NCBI GenBank assembly: GCA_000182565.2
Contig: KQ257461.1
From: Spizellomyces punctatus DAOM BR117
Lineage: Eukaryota
Reading direction: 5' to 3' (one strand)
DNA: 64,000 nucleotides
Part shown: in pieces, positions 24,102-36,099 of the stretch
Layout of the letters: each line of letters opens with the position of its first letter
Numbering within the stretch: the stretch's first letter is position 1
Notes under the pieces: model-generated
Seen by the model: only the letters and a program-made list of their open reading frames with translations
Told to the model about the DNA's origin: nothing
The model's database searches: none
Translations under genes and position numbers: made by a program

Positions 24102-25694
24102 ATGGAAAAGGACATGTTTCTCTACTCGTCTTCTCTCTTGGACTCTTTTCAACAGAGCATGGATAGTACAGATTATTCACTCCACTCTCACGAGGATATG
24201 GACGTTGCTTTTCCTTCTCTCTCGCATATCGTCTCATCAGCATACAAGGGGGATGCCATTTATTCTCCCTATGTTCAACCAACCACCACAAACAACGAGG
24301 ATGACGAGGTCCTTCTCACGCCCCTCATTTCGCCCGCAATGACGCCCAGCACAGACTTTTCACGCATGACCATATCACAACACAATCAGCTCTTTAGTCC
24401 CCTCACTTCCCCTGCTCTCCATCCCCAAGACTCGATTGACTCAATATCCCTTGGATTCTCCTTTTCCTCTCTTGCAAACCTTGACTCGATATCGGCGTCC
24501 GTCTCGGCTTCCCCCTCGCTTCCTCCCATGTGCGCCATTAATGCCGCCCTGTCTTCTCCCGCCCTCCCACCTTCAAAGCCTTTCCAAACGCCCCATGTCG
24601 GCGCTTCCCCTGCTCTCCCACCACAGAATTTGGAAATGTCTTCGCCTGCTCTCGTGGGGATGCAGTCGCCCGCCCTAAATGGCATGGCATCCCCAGGGCT
24701 GGCTGGTCTCCGAGAACGCCCCAAAAAGACACCTCTGGCCTCTCCCTACATTGTTCCCCGCAAAGGCGCGCTCGTATCACCCGCTCTCAAACCCTTGCGT
24801 GCCCGTTCCACCCATTCCCCAGAGGCAACAAGTAGTACAACCACGACAACAACAACAACAACCACAACGTCGTCGTCGTCGACAGCTCCCGTGTTTAAAA
24901 CCCCCTTTCCCGTCCTCCCCGTCACCGCTACCTCGTCGCAACAACAACAACATGCGGCAGCGGCAGCGACCCTCATTTCACCCGCCCTGACACCCCAACT
25001 GGCTCCCTCCCTCCATGGCCTAGATCTGGCTCCCATCACACCGGCCCAGTTGATGAAATTGGACGGATTGGCCTCTCCTGATGGCACAGAACCAGCACCC
25101 AATGTCCTCAATGCGCTGGTATCGCCCTGTCTCAAGCCCCTCCTGCCCAATGGTAACGTCACGGCTGGGTTGCCTACAGCACTCGCAAACGTTGAATTCA
25201 TCCATTATTCATTTAGGATCTGCAAATAATATGGACGCTGCTCTTCGTCTCACGCAAAAGAGCAATTATCAAAACATTAAAGAGGGGCACACAGAGTACG
25301 TTTGTGTTGTGTTGTCCCTTGATCACTTGCTATTGCTCATCTCTGTACCCAATTTAGACAACTCGGTCTCAAATACAACAAGGACGTGACGGCGTCCGTC
25401 GAAGCCCGCCGAGACTGCCACAAGCAAGCCGAACAACGTCGTCGCGACTCGCTCAAACAGTGTTTTGACGAACTCCGACGGGTCTTGCCTCCCATCCACG
25501 AAAAGAATCCAAGCAAAGTGGTTGTACTCAAGAAGTGTAGGTTTTACCCTTTTGGACTTTCCGTTGCTCTCGTGATTTACTGTATTGAAATAGGTTGTGA
25601 GTACATTGCGGATTTGCAATTGCGTGAACAAGAAACAGAGCGTGTGCTGGCTGAACTGCGTCGAGAGTTGGCTGTTGCCAAGGGGAATGCTTGA
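24102..25694 (+). CDS. bHLH transcription factor, Pho4/NUC-1/PalcA-like phosphate regulator
   Basis: AALRLTQKSNYQNIKEG (the KSNYQNI motif of NUC-1/PalcA-type proteins), then HKQAEQRRRDSLKQCFDELRRVLP..NPSKVVVLKK|..EYIADLQ; many SPxL motifs. Confidence 0.85.
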
Positions 25695-26087
25695 TGGATA
25701 CCCATTTATTTAGAGTTGCGGAAAAGCATGTGGGGTTCTTTTTTTTTTTTTTTTTTCTTTCATCCTATCCCTCTAATTGCAAAGATTACTACCAATGTGA
25801 TACATCTTGGCTTTGCTTCGCACCCGCAATATATCATTCCCTTGGCACGTCATGTATGAGACCTTTTCCCAACATTCTTGCCCACCCGCCACCAAACATG
25901 CCCGACCTCCCGCTTGGCCATTTCCCAAACTCTGGACAATGGTCGGCCCTCCATCCAACCCGCTATCCGAAATACTCTTTCATAGGTTACTATTGTTGCT
26001 AGCTGCCCTTTGCTTTATTGCACTCGCCACAAAAATCATTTAAATATAACATTTACAGTCAATACCCCATGATGCTCAGTCCATCTG

Positions 26088-26342
26088 TATCTACACCCTC
26101 ACATGAACCACACACGCTCACTCGACTACTAATAACGATATCCCACAGGACCTCTCAACATGCCCCCACCTCCCGCTCAACAATATCCCAAACCCTCTTG
26201 ACATGCTCCCCCCAATCCCTCTTAAATTCCACCCGTTTTCCAACCCTCTTTCCAACACTCTTTGCAACATGACTCAATAATTCTTTATCTACACCCTCAT
26301 AAGGACCATACACATTCACTCGATTCGTAATAACGATATCCC
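26088..26342. repeat. Degenerate direct repeat: coding segment 26286-26342 copied at 26088-26144
   Basis: 48/57 identical without gaps, offset 198 bp. Confidence 0.85.
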
Positions 26343-26742
26343 GTACAGGGAGATCCAAATCATTCAACATGTGTCGAATGCGTTTAATGAGTCTGCCGTG
26401 GTGTTTTGTTTGTTTATTGGTGGTGTTGCGGTTGTCGGGGTTGGATGGTGATGAGATGGTTGATTCGAGTTGTTGTTGTTGTTGTGATTGTTGTGGGGTG
26501 CGTCGGAAATGGGACTGGTATTTTTGGGGAATGTAATGCGTTGCGTGGATATCATCATGTGTTGACGTGCTTGGTGGGATGGGTGTGATTGGGATGGCGG
26601 AACGTGAGGAGGGAGGTACGTGACATAACAACTCTGCAAACTCTTTAAAAGATCGTTGGGATATGGTGGATACCATGCGTGAGGAAACCATTCTTGTTAG
26701 ATGCATTGGTTTGCTTTCGTCAAATGGGATTCCTAACCTCAT
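26155..26742 (-). CDS. Hypothetical protein (possibly the last exon of a longer gene)
   Basis: 195-codon ORF with a Q/S/T-rich linker and a globular-looking C-terminus, showing the same C-rich to G-rich polarity as neighbouring exons. No family recognised. Confidence 0.6.
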   Translation of the reverse strand: MRLGIPFDESKPMHLTRMVSSRMVSTISQRSFKEFAELLCHVPPSSRSAIPITPIPPSTSTHDDIHATHYIPQKYQSHFRRTPQQSQQQQQLESTISSPSNPDNRNTTNKQTKHHGRLIKRIRHMLNDLDLPVRDIVITNRVNVYGPYEGVDKELLSHVAKSVGKRVGKRVEFKRDWGEHVKRVWDIVEREVGAC

Positions 26743-27413
26743 CGGCAGGCGTTTTCCTTTGATATCACGTGATGTGCATGATTAATGAGTGGGGGGTGGC
26801 TTGCTGTGGGATCTGACTAGATGAGCATGAATGTTTTTTAAAAAAATGGGTAATATAATCTCATTGAGCAGAATGGTATTTTGGATATATTCATCCAGAG
26901 GCATTTGATGTGTTTGTATTCAATCAACTGTGGTAAAAGCATATACATCCAATACGTATTTTTTGTTTAGATCGCGCACTGTAGGCGGCTCGTAAATGCC
27001 AAGTATAGTGACCTTCTGTCTTTAGGAAATGTATGATTGTGGACAAGATTATATCAAAGCTTTTGGGTACCGCTGCTCATCAAAAAACAGTTATTTGAAT
27101 AAAAGTGATTGAGTGGCAGTATATGAAATTACATTTATATTATTGTTTTTACTTGATTATGGCATACATTAGAGGTACGACTGTTTCTCTTATCATACAT
27201 GAATGGTAAACTATAGTCATTGGTTATACTTTTGCATGGCTGGCTATCGTATCATCCTTATAATACGGGCCAAGTCGTCGTGATCCCAGCACAGTCCAAA
27301 AAAAGGGGAAAGAATAACAGGACAGAAGAAACAGCCATTACACAAGTAAAAAAGTGTCACTGTATGCTCTTTGTTAAATAATCAATGGTATGCTCATGGT
27401 GTTTAATTGTTTT

Positions 27414-28265
27414 TTACGCCCGCTCAATCTCTTTCTGCTTGGCGCTCAACGCCTCATCAACTTGACCCATACACTTGTCAGTAACAACTTGAATCTACGA
27501 AACCCCACAACATTAACAAAGCACATACACCCCACAAAACCCAAAAAAAGCACACACAAACCTGTTTCTCCAATCCCCGCACCGTATCCGACGGAACACT
27601 TTTCAATTTCTTCAATTCCGCTCTCGCATCCGCACGAACAGTCCGTACATGATTCCGCGTCTTTTCCGCTAATTGTGCAGCTTGTTTTAATAGTGTATCT
27701 TTGTAGGCTTGTGTTAGTTTTGGGATGGGGATACGGAGGACGGTTGCGTCGTGTTTTTGGGGGTTGAGTCCGAGATCGGCATTTCGGATTGCTTTATCGA
27801 CGATAGGGACGAGCTAATATTTTATAGAATATCAGCCAGAATGAAACCCTTGATTGAAAAAAGTGCACTACAGCGTTTTACCTCCTCGTCATTGACAATC
27901 ACCATCAATGTATTCGCATCCTTGACATTCACTTGGGCAATAGCAGATAAGGCCACACGACTCGATTTATGCGCCACGACAACCGAATCCAATAAACTAG
28001 GTACAGCCCTCCCGAGACGGATCGACCCGACATCTTCTCTAAACCGCGTGACGCCTCGGTGCATATCAGAAGCATACTTTTCAATATTGAATGCAATATC
28101 GGGAGTCGGTGTCAATATGGGTTCTTTGGTGGTGGGTTTCCCCTTTTTTTTGGCGTAGGTTCTTGTTTGGATGTGGGGGCTTATTGGTGGGCGTGGTGGG
28201 AGGATGCGGTACAAGGGTGGTGCAAGGCGGATGGCATGGAGGAGGGTACGCCTTGAACAGAACAT
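27414..28265 (-). CDS. RRF1: Mitochondrial ribosome recycling factor
   Basis: Arg-rich presequence, YAKKKGK, SIRLGRAVPSLLDSVVV..LSAIAQVNVKDANTLMV, AIRNADLGLNP and terminal IQVVTDKCMGQVDEALSAKQKEIERA. Confidence 0.92.
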
Positions 28266-28425
28266 GATTGTGGGGATTGGAAAATGACTAGGTTTTTGGA
28301 ACAGTCTGTTTTGATGAGTGACTATGTGGCTTTTGTGGCTTTTCATCCGATCCGATGCGTGTTACTATCTAGTGTGTAAAGTTACCTCTCCGAGAATTAA
28401 AGAACAGTTTTGAGCAACCAAGACA

Positions 28426-29600
28426 ATGGACATTGTGGATGACGACAACAAGGCGCAAACGACACCCCGTATCCCCATTACTGTCTTTACAGGGTTTCTA
28501 GGTAACCTTTCCAAACATGCCATTGTTGCCATTCATTTCTGATTATTCTCATGTACATTAGGTGCCGGCAAAACAACCCTCATCCTCTCACTCATCCAAC
28601 GTCTACCCAAGGGATACAATGTCGTATTGCTCAAAAACGAATTTGGAGACGTCAAAGGTATGTGTGTGTATACTTTGTTGGCGTGGGTTTCCATGTTTTT
28701 GCATTATCCGTTTACGCATCTATTCTAGTTGATAGTGAATTGGCAAGGGAATCTAATGTCAAGGTTACTGAGATGCTGAATGGATGCATGTGTTGTGTCC
28801 TTGTTGGACAAATGAAGAATGCACTTGAAGAAATCCGAGGTACCAACACACACACCACTGTCAGCACCCAGACAAGGTATACTCACATGATTCTAGATAC
28901 AATGTCCCCCTCCCGTATCATCATAGAAACCTCCGGCTCAGCCTTCCCCGCCCCAATCGCCTGGCAAATCCGTTCCCTCCCCTCCTTCTCCCTCGACGCG
29001 ATCATAACCGTAATAGACTGCCTAAATTTCAAAGGCTACGAAGACACATCCTACACGGCAAAACTCCAAGCCCAATACACAGACCTTCTCCTGTTAAATA
29101 AATACGAATTAGCATCAGAGCGACAATTGGAAGACGTCCTTGACCGCGTGAACGATTTGAATACGGATACACCCAAAGTACCCGCCCTGAACGGCTCCGT
29201 GAACCCGGATTTGGTATTTGGAATTGATACGAGTTTATTTGGACTTGATACAAAGGAAGCTGATACCAAAACCTGGGCGGGACTGGTTGATCCCCATCAC
29301 ATGGACAATGAAGTCGATGTCGTCTGCCTTGAATCATCCACTTTTGATTATACACTGAATCGAGTGGAGCTGGATAAACTGTTGGGTTCTATTCCTTCTG
29401 ATGTAATTTATCGTATCAAGGGGTTGATCCTCCTCTCTGATCCGGATGGATTATTTATTTTGAATTGGGCTTTTGGGAGGTATGAATTGACGCCTGTTAC
29501 GAGGGAGATTGTGGGGGTGCGAGTCAAGGTGACGGTGATGGGAGTGGATATGCAGCGGTGGGTTGAAACGTTGCGAGTTGGGTTGGGAATCGGTGTATAG
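28426..29600 (+). CDS. COG0523/CobW-family G3E GTPase (metallochaperone)
   Basis: IPITVFTGFL|GAGKTT, LKNEFGD, NGCMCC, IIIETSG, LLLNKYE, YRIKG. Confidence 0.93.
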
Positions 29601-29787
29601 AATGAGATGTGGAAGAATACAATATTTATTGTATTAAGAGATTGATTTTCTCCTCCTCTAATCCGGTGCCTCGATGTTTTATTTTGAATTGGGCTTTTGG
29701 GGGTTTGAATTGACGGTTTTGTTACGAGGGATATGCCACAGCGATGGGTTGAAACGTTGCGAGCTGGACTGGAAATCAGTGTATGAA
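29406..29787 (+). repeat. Degenerate tandem duplication of the CobW gene 3' end (29406-29602 copied at 29624-29787)
   Basis: Shared blocks tttattttgaattgggcttttggg, tgaattgacg, gttacgaggga and tgggttgaaacgttgcgag; the copy has an internal deletion of about 40 nt. Confidence 0.9.
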
Positions 29788-30137
29788 AGGTGGTTGTGAA
29801 AATGTTGAGAAACTCCTTGGACAAGACGGGCCAATGTCGCTTTGTGGGGACTATCCAGTGATGGGTCATTCTAACAATCAAACTTGAAAAGCGCATATCC
29901 AATCCGAACAAATCAACAATACATGTTGAAAGAATAATAAAGGACGCACATGTTGCGCACTGCAGACTATGTACAATGATATATAAACAAGGTTTTCCCA
30001 AACGTTGACGTTTCTTTGAAAAACTACCAAACCAAAAACTATATATAAAAAAAAGGAATGTTCCCTTTTTGCATGAAATGCAAATGAAAAACAAAAAGTG
30101 TTTTGTCTGTACAATGAAGCGTTCCCTTGCAAACTTT

Positions 30138-30702
30138 TCAAACCAACCGTTCAAGATGCATCACAAAACTCTTGACACTCTCTTCCTTTCCAACATCCGG
30201 CGCACTCGCCCTCCGTCCCCTCGGCAACGCCTTTGTGGAGGCTTTTTCCAATTTCCGAACATGGCCTCTGTAATGCTGTAACATGTTATCATGCCTCGAG
30301 AACCGTGATGAACAGGTCGGGATTGGGCATGCGTGGGGTTTGGATCCTGTGTGAAGGCGGCGGTGTCGGGATAAATGTCCAGATGTGCTAAAATCTTTAT
30401 GAAAACAGTCAATATAAACGATATGTATAAAATGTGTATGATTTTTCTATTCACTTACTTTTTCCACATCCTTCGACTTCACATACATATCTCCGTCTCG
30501 GCAACGAAGACGCCCTTCGTCGCTCCACTTTCTGCGTCACGGACAACCGAGCGGGAAGTGAGTTGCGCCGATTGGAATGAAGGAGGGGTTCAATGGGTGG
30601 TAAATGGATACTGTTGATAGGGTTAAGGAGACTTGCGATGAGCATTTTGGGGGATTGGGCGGGAGGTGTAGGTGAGCGGGTGCTAGTAGGTGATTGAGAC
30701 AT
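30138..30702 (-). CDS. NRG1: Nrg1-like two-finger C2H2 transcriptional repressor
   Basis: Spliced YVCEVEGCGKNFSTSGHLSRHRRLHTGSKPHACPIPTCSSRFSRHDNMLQHYRGH matches the Nrg1 finger signature (TSGHL.RH / FSRHDN..QHY); N-terminal IASLLNP motif. Confidence 0.85.
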
Positions 30703-30942
30703 TTTTGAAAAGGTTTGCGGGGGAGGGGATGTTTGTTGAAGGCCGAGTTCAAATAACTAGAAGTGGACCTTTTGTTCACCACTCTGCGCACGGGGAGGAG
30801 CGGGGGGTTCTTTGCTGAAAGGTTCCGAAATACCCTTTTTTTTAATGGAAAACTTGTTTAGCGCAAACTCCCAAAACCTGGTTTACTTGACCTCTTTATT
30901 ACCCTTATAAAGTTCTATAAACTTTCACTTGAAGAACGCAGG

Positions 30943-30949
30943 GGACCCT
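30943..30949 (+). promoter_or_regulatory. Nrg1-type binding motif GGACCCT in the NRG1-like promoter
   Basis: Exact match to the yeast Nrg1 consensus about 240 nt upstream of the ATG. Confidence 0.4.
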
Positions 30950-31654
30950 CAACAGCCGTCGACGTAAAAAGAAAAAAAGCAAAAAAGCTCCGTTAAAGGT
31001 TTAAAGTAACTTTTGAGGGGCGGCGAGTAATTCAAAAGACGACGGGGCCCAACAAAGAGTATCCCTTTTTTAACTGTAAGTGCCAGTAACGAAATGGGAG
31101 CGGATGTGGGTCTTCCCTCCCCTTTTTTTGTATCTTGACTCCATGGATAGAACAAAACTCGCTTCAAAGGAACATTATCTTGAAGTTGTGTTCTTTTCAC
31201 CTGGACGTTTGGCGTCCTTTAAAAGGTGGCATAAATACTGCGAGTCCTTGGTCTGGGAACAAAACTTGAGATCCGTGATTCTCAAGGGGAATGGCTGTGA
31301 TGGGTCATAGCATCCATTTTCTTACGGGGAGAGGCGGGGGGGAATGAGTAGACTTTTTTTAAAAACGCCGTCGTAGAAAGCACGGTGGAGAATATCCCGA
31401 GTTAATAGTCGCGTCTTAAAACTCTCAAGTGTGAAATAATCAATAAAACGTGACTAGGGGGAAAAGAGTCAAGATCTGGGGAGGAGCGAACTAGTTGGGT
31501 TATTTAACAGATAAAAATAAGTAAAAAGAATACATGCATAAATCTTTTTATTATTTGGAATTTAATTACTCTCCACTCTCCAAGTATAAAATACTCTTTA
31601 TAAACGCTCTTGTTTGTTTGTCAAGATTTGTTTAAAGAAAAACATACTTGTGAT

Positions 31655-33071
31655 CTACCTAGCATACACGGACCCGAACCCAACATAAATGTTTGGGTGC
31701 GAGAACTTGTGGATATTGTCCTCGAGTTCCTTCAGCTGCTGCTCCATGTTGACTTTTCTGTATGTATGTTTCAACAAGAAGCATGTGTTAGCAAAAGTAA
31801 GACTCCAATTTACAGGAAACCCAAAACAAAAACAAAACAAGAACCAACTCTTCAGACTCGCAAGAGAACACACAAACTAGAGTGACAACCCAAAATCCAC
31901 ACACACACACACAGACACATCACATCACATACACACACACACACACACACATACGCACACACACACACACACACACAAGGGAACGGGAGTAGTTATATAC
32001 CTACCTAGCAATCTTTGGCACAGTATCCACCGTCAGACTCAGCTTTTGATAATCGGAATTCAACTTTTGCCAATTCTTTTGTAAACCATCCAAAATCTCC
32101 AATCGCTCTGTTTCGGGTAACCTCACCAACCCCTCCTCTTGTTGAGCACGTTGTTGCCTCTCATTTGCAAGCTGCTCAAGAATCGTTTGGTTTCGAGTCC
32201 GTGTATCCGATTTGGAGTGGGATTGGGCATGGAGGGTTTGCGATGGATGCGGGACGGGGTCATCTTGCCGGAGATACGGTGGGACTTGGCCGTACGTCTT
32301 TTTGGTGAGGTATGAAGCTGGTGGGCTAGGTGGTTTTTTTGCCACTGTTATGCAACGAATGAGAAAAACAGAGGATTTAGTCGTAAAAAACGTGGAGTCT
32401 TTACCAGAGTTGATATTGTCTAGAGCGTTCGTCCGGACAAAGTCTTTTGTGGACGTTGACGGGAGGCGTCCGGGCTCTTTGGGTAAGTCGGCTTTGCGAA
32501 CTGTTCTATCAGGGTGCTGAGGAGGAGCTGTTGCATACAAAGAAAGAAAAAAAGCAAGACGTTAAACGGCTACTACAGTTTTTGCAAAACTATTTTTTTT
32601 AAACTCACCACGTCCAGCTCCATTCTCTCTCTCCCCTTTTTTCAAAAACTCTTTTGGATCCGGTACAGGAACTTTGAGGGGACCCATACTGGCAGCACTC
32701 TTCTTTCCCTTTTTAAACTCTTCGTGAGCCATTCCTGAGAACCTGCTCTTGTACCGCTCGGCCTTTGGAGGCACTGGTTCTTCAACTGGGATCAATTTAT
32801 AAACGCTTTCACTGAACGGATCAGAGGGCACATCTTTTTTGGATGGTTTGACCAGTGCGCTTGGATGAGGGACGGCTGCATCGATCCCTTTTTCACGGAC
32901 GGCGCTGGGCGCTGTGATGGTCACTGCGGCTTTGGTCGTAGCGTCCGATGGGAGCGCTGCGGGACGGGGACCGACGGACGGGCCTGTCATGGCTGCCTCC
33001 GGGTGGTCTACTCGACCTGGTAGAGACGCAGAGGCATGATGAGCAGGCCCCGGACCAGTACTGACAGGCAT
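31655..33071 (-). CDS. ENKUR: Enkurin (axonemal microtubule inner protein)
   Basis: ESVYKLIP..PPKAERYKSRF, SMGPLKVPVPDPKEFLKKGE, KDFVRTNALDNI, YLTKKTYGQVPPYL, LPETERLEILDGLQKNWQKLNSDYQKLSLTVDTVPKIA|RKVNMEQQLKELEDNIHKFSHPNIYV. Confidence 0.93.
31899..31977. repeat. (CA)n microsatellite in the last enkurin intron
   Basis: Interrupted cacacaca tract of about 80 nt. Confidence 0.95.
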
Positions 33072-33579
33072 CGTTTAAAAAAAAAGCAATCTGGGAGCAG
33101 AAGCAATCGTCCTCTGATAAGAAACACTTGACAGAAATTTCAAAAAGAGGATTATATAATGATCTGGATGGACAAAACTCCGCTCCTATGTAAATTTCTC
33201 CCCGTTTTAATGCCCATATCCCTTTAATCCCCCCTATTTTTTTTTGTGGATATCGGAGAATTTATTATAGATGATGATTTTTGGATGCCGACTGTTTTAC
33301 TGACATTTTTGTCGTTGATATAAAGCTCCTTCGTCTGGCAAAGATGCTGCCTGGCTATTGATTTCATGCCATTCCCCAATGGCATATCCATCAAATGCTT
33401 GCTGGGACATCTTTCGTGTTGACGAGAGCATTCGGGCACGTGCCAGCATCAAGCCTCTGATTACGCAATCCATCGCAACCCCAGGGACCTTGCTTACTCA
33501 TGTGATCATCTTCCCCCGTGTGTGCTGTCCCGTCCGTTTTGTTGGCTCATCATTACTCTTTAGTTGTCCATTGTTCAAG

Positions 33580-35912
33580 ATGAGCTTCCAGGATCACAAC
33601 TACATGGACCCGTCGACAAGTAGCACGGATCGGCAATCCCACTCGTTGACGACAGAAGAAATGTTTGGCTTTTCAATGTCTGATCCTACACTCATGTCAC
33701 CCGCGTCCATGGTCAGCCACGGCTCAACTCTTTGTGAAGGCCAGCACATGATCGACCCACTTTTGGAACAAGCTTATGACAAAGTCCAGTTGGTATGTCG
33801 GGTGAATCTTTTTGTGCTTGTCATGATTGGATCCTGACATGATCTTGCCAAACAGGATGCATCCACACTGGCTGCCCAGTCCAATATTCTTCAGGTTATT
33901 AATCAGTTTTGTGCGCATGTTCTTGATAATGCGTTCCTCCCGCGCCCTCTCTCCGCCTTTGATGATCTACCCCCCCTTCCAGACGCATACGTATTGAATG
34001 AAATTCTTTGCATCTATTTCGAAAAACTGCCTCCAACCATTGCAATCATCCACGAAGATGCCTTTTATAAATCCGCGTCATTGCCTCCCAACCAGGATAC
34101 TACTCCCATGCGTCCACCCTATCATCATAATCCCCCGCGACTCGGGTTGAGTCCTGTACTGCTGTACTCTATGATGGCGTGCGCCGCGCGATATCATCCA
34201 CAATATGAGGGCAACTCGGATATTGTCCGACAAGTCTTTTATGAAAGGGGCAAACGGTTGATGTTGGAAAATCTCGGCAAACCGGATTTGAACCTTCTCA
34301 AAGCCCTGTTGCATTTGACGCTGTTTGGTGTAGAGCATTCCTTGTGGATGGAGGCGTACATGTGGCTTGGTAACTCTGTGGCCATGGGCAGATTTTTGGG
34401 ACTGTACAAAGAGATACCTGTTATTCCTATGGGGCCTGGTGGGAACGGCGGCATTGGTGCCGAAGAAGATCTGATAGGCGGCTTGTCACTGCAGCAAATC
34501 ACTGCCGAAGAATCACGCCGATGTTGGTGGTGGATGCGCAACTATGATGCATCTGGATCTGCCGCATCAAAACGTCCCCAAATGATATCGGACGCAGAAT
34601 ACGCATCGACCCTTCTCCTTCCTTGCCCAGATTCGCTCTTTTACGCCACGCGATATGGACTGAAACCGGACACACCCGTCATCCCGCGTACACAAACATT
34701 GGATGAATTCTACAGTGAATTATTCTCGGCGGATTTGACTCACTCCTCTATTGGTCCGAATGGATACATTGCTGCCCTGACCGCCCTATTCAATCGCGTC
34801 ACCCGATTCCGGCAGCAATGCAATAATGATAATATTTTGCCCTTTTGTCCAGGTCCTGGTACGCATACCCAATTACTACGTGAATTGGAAAGGCATCAAG
34901 CGGAGCTGGATATGTGGTATGGTAAATTACCGCAATGGGTGCAAGTCTTAAATAGTGGCGTGAGGGATCCGAATGATCCCATTGTCGGGGGTGGCATGTG
35001 CTGGGAGGAACAATGGGTGAGGGAGACCTATGAATGGGGTATTGCTCTGGTATGAATACACCGTGTTCCTGAAATGGTCGTGCTGTTCTTCTCACTTTTG
35101 TGTTCTAAAGGTGATTTGGCACGCGACGGTGGCAACGCTTCATGGTAAGCACCATCCCTTGCTGACTTTTGCACGATCTCTAACACTGTCCCGTAGGCCC
35201 TGACTACAATATGATGACGATGGGCTCACAGATTGTAGGATCGCTCCAATCTATGGCAGGAACCCAGAGGCCCCCCTCTCACATCACTGCCGGGTTCATG
35301 ACAGCCGCGCGACTGGACGAAGTCCTGGCAGCCTGGCAAAACAGTCCGAGCTTTGGAAAAGCCATTGAGCATGCTGCTGTTGGCAGTCGGTTGTTGGAAG
35401 AGATGGCCGCCAGGGTTGAGGCGAAAAAGAGGAGAGACACGCCCTTTTTTGGGTATTGCGTCTGTCAGCTGGTGAGTGCCATGCATTTACATTTGTCGGG
35501 CGTGATCTGTACTCTAATGGATTTCCAGGGCCTCCTCAACCTTATTGCAGCCCGTCAACTAGCTCTCATGCAGCGCACCGCAAACCCAGATGAAACGGTA
35601 GCGTCCGTCCTCAAACACCGCGCCACGAGTAGTATTTCCATCCTTTACCACCAGTCCCAGGTCTTTAGCGCCAGTAAAACCGGCATGCAGCTTTTGGAAC
35701 GGGTCATGACAGAGATTGCTGGTGGGGAGGTTACCATGCGGGTTATGGGCGAGCTTGCTCGAGAAGGACGATCGGGCACAGAGGATGCGGCGGTGAAGGA
35801 GATGCTAGTAAGGAAGGCTATGGGGCAGACGGCTCAAAAGGTCTTGGAGGAGCCGGGCCAGTGTGCAGGCACGATGGGGATGGGAGGACAAAAGTTTGGG
35901 ACTTTGCTTTGA
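33580..35912 (+). CDS. Fungal-specific transcription factor domain (Fungal_trans/MHR) protein with no visible Zn2Cys6 cluster
   Basis: LPPLP..ILCIYFEKL..IIHEDAF, LLYSMMACAARY, LLKALLHL..AYMWLGNSVAMGRFLGLYKE, EESRRCWW..YD, LPCPD; multi-exon. Confidence 0.85.
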
Positions 35913-36099
35913 CAGCGTATCCGATTTATATCTTTGTTGAGGGATTTTACCGAGTTGGGATTAGCAAATATTGCGTTGATGACGTACGGCGAAACAAAAC
36001 TATTTTTGTAGATATTGTCTTTTTATATATACACTTGAAATTATGCGGTAACAATGGTAGCAGTAGATGAAGAATATGTATTCGTCACATCTAGCAAAG

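Noticed and set aside
29408-30154. 248-aa minus-strand ORF with an internal repeat
   Set aside because: Antisense to the CobW 3' end and its duplicate; AT-rich, UTR-like composition.
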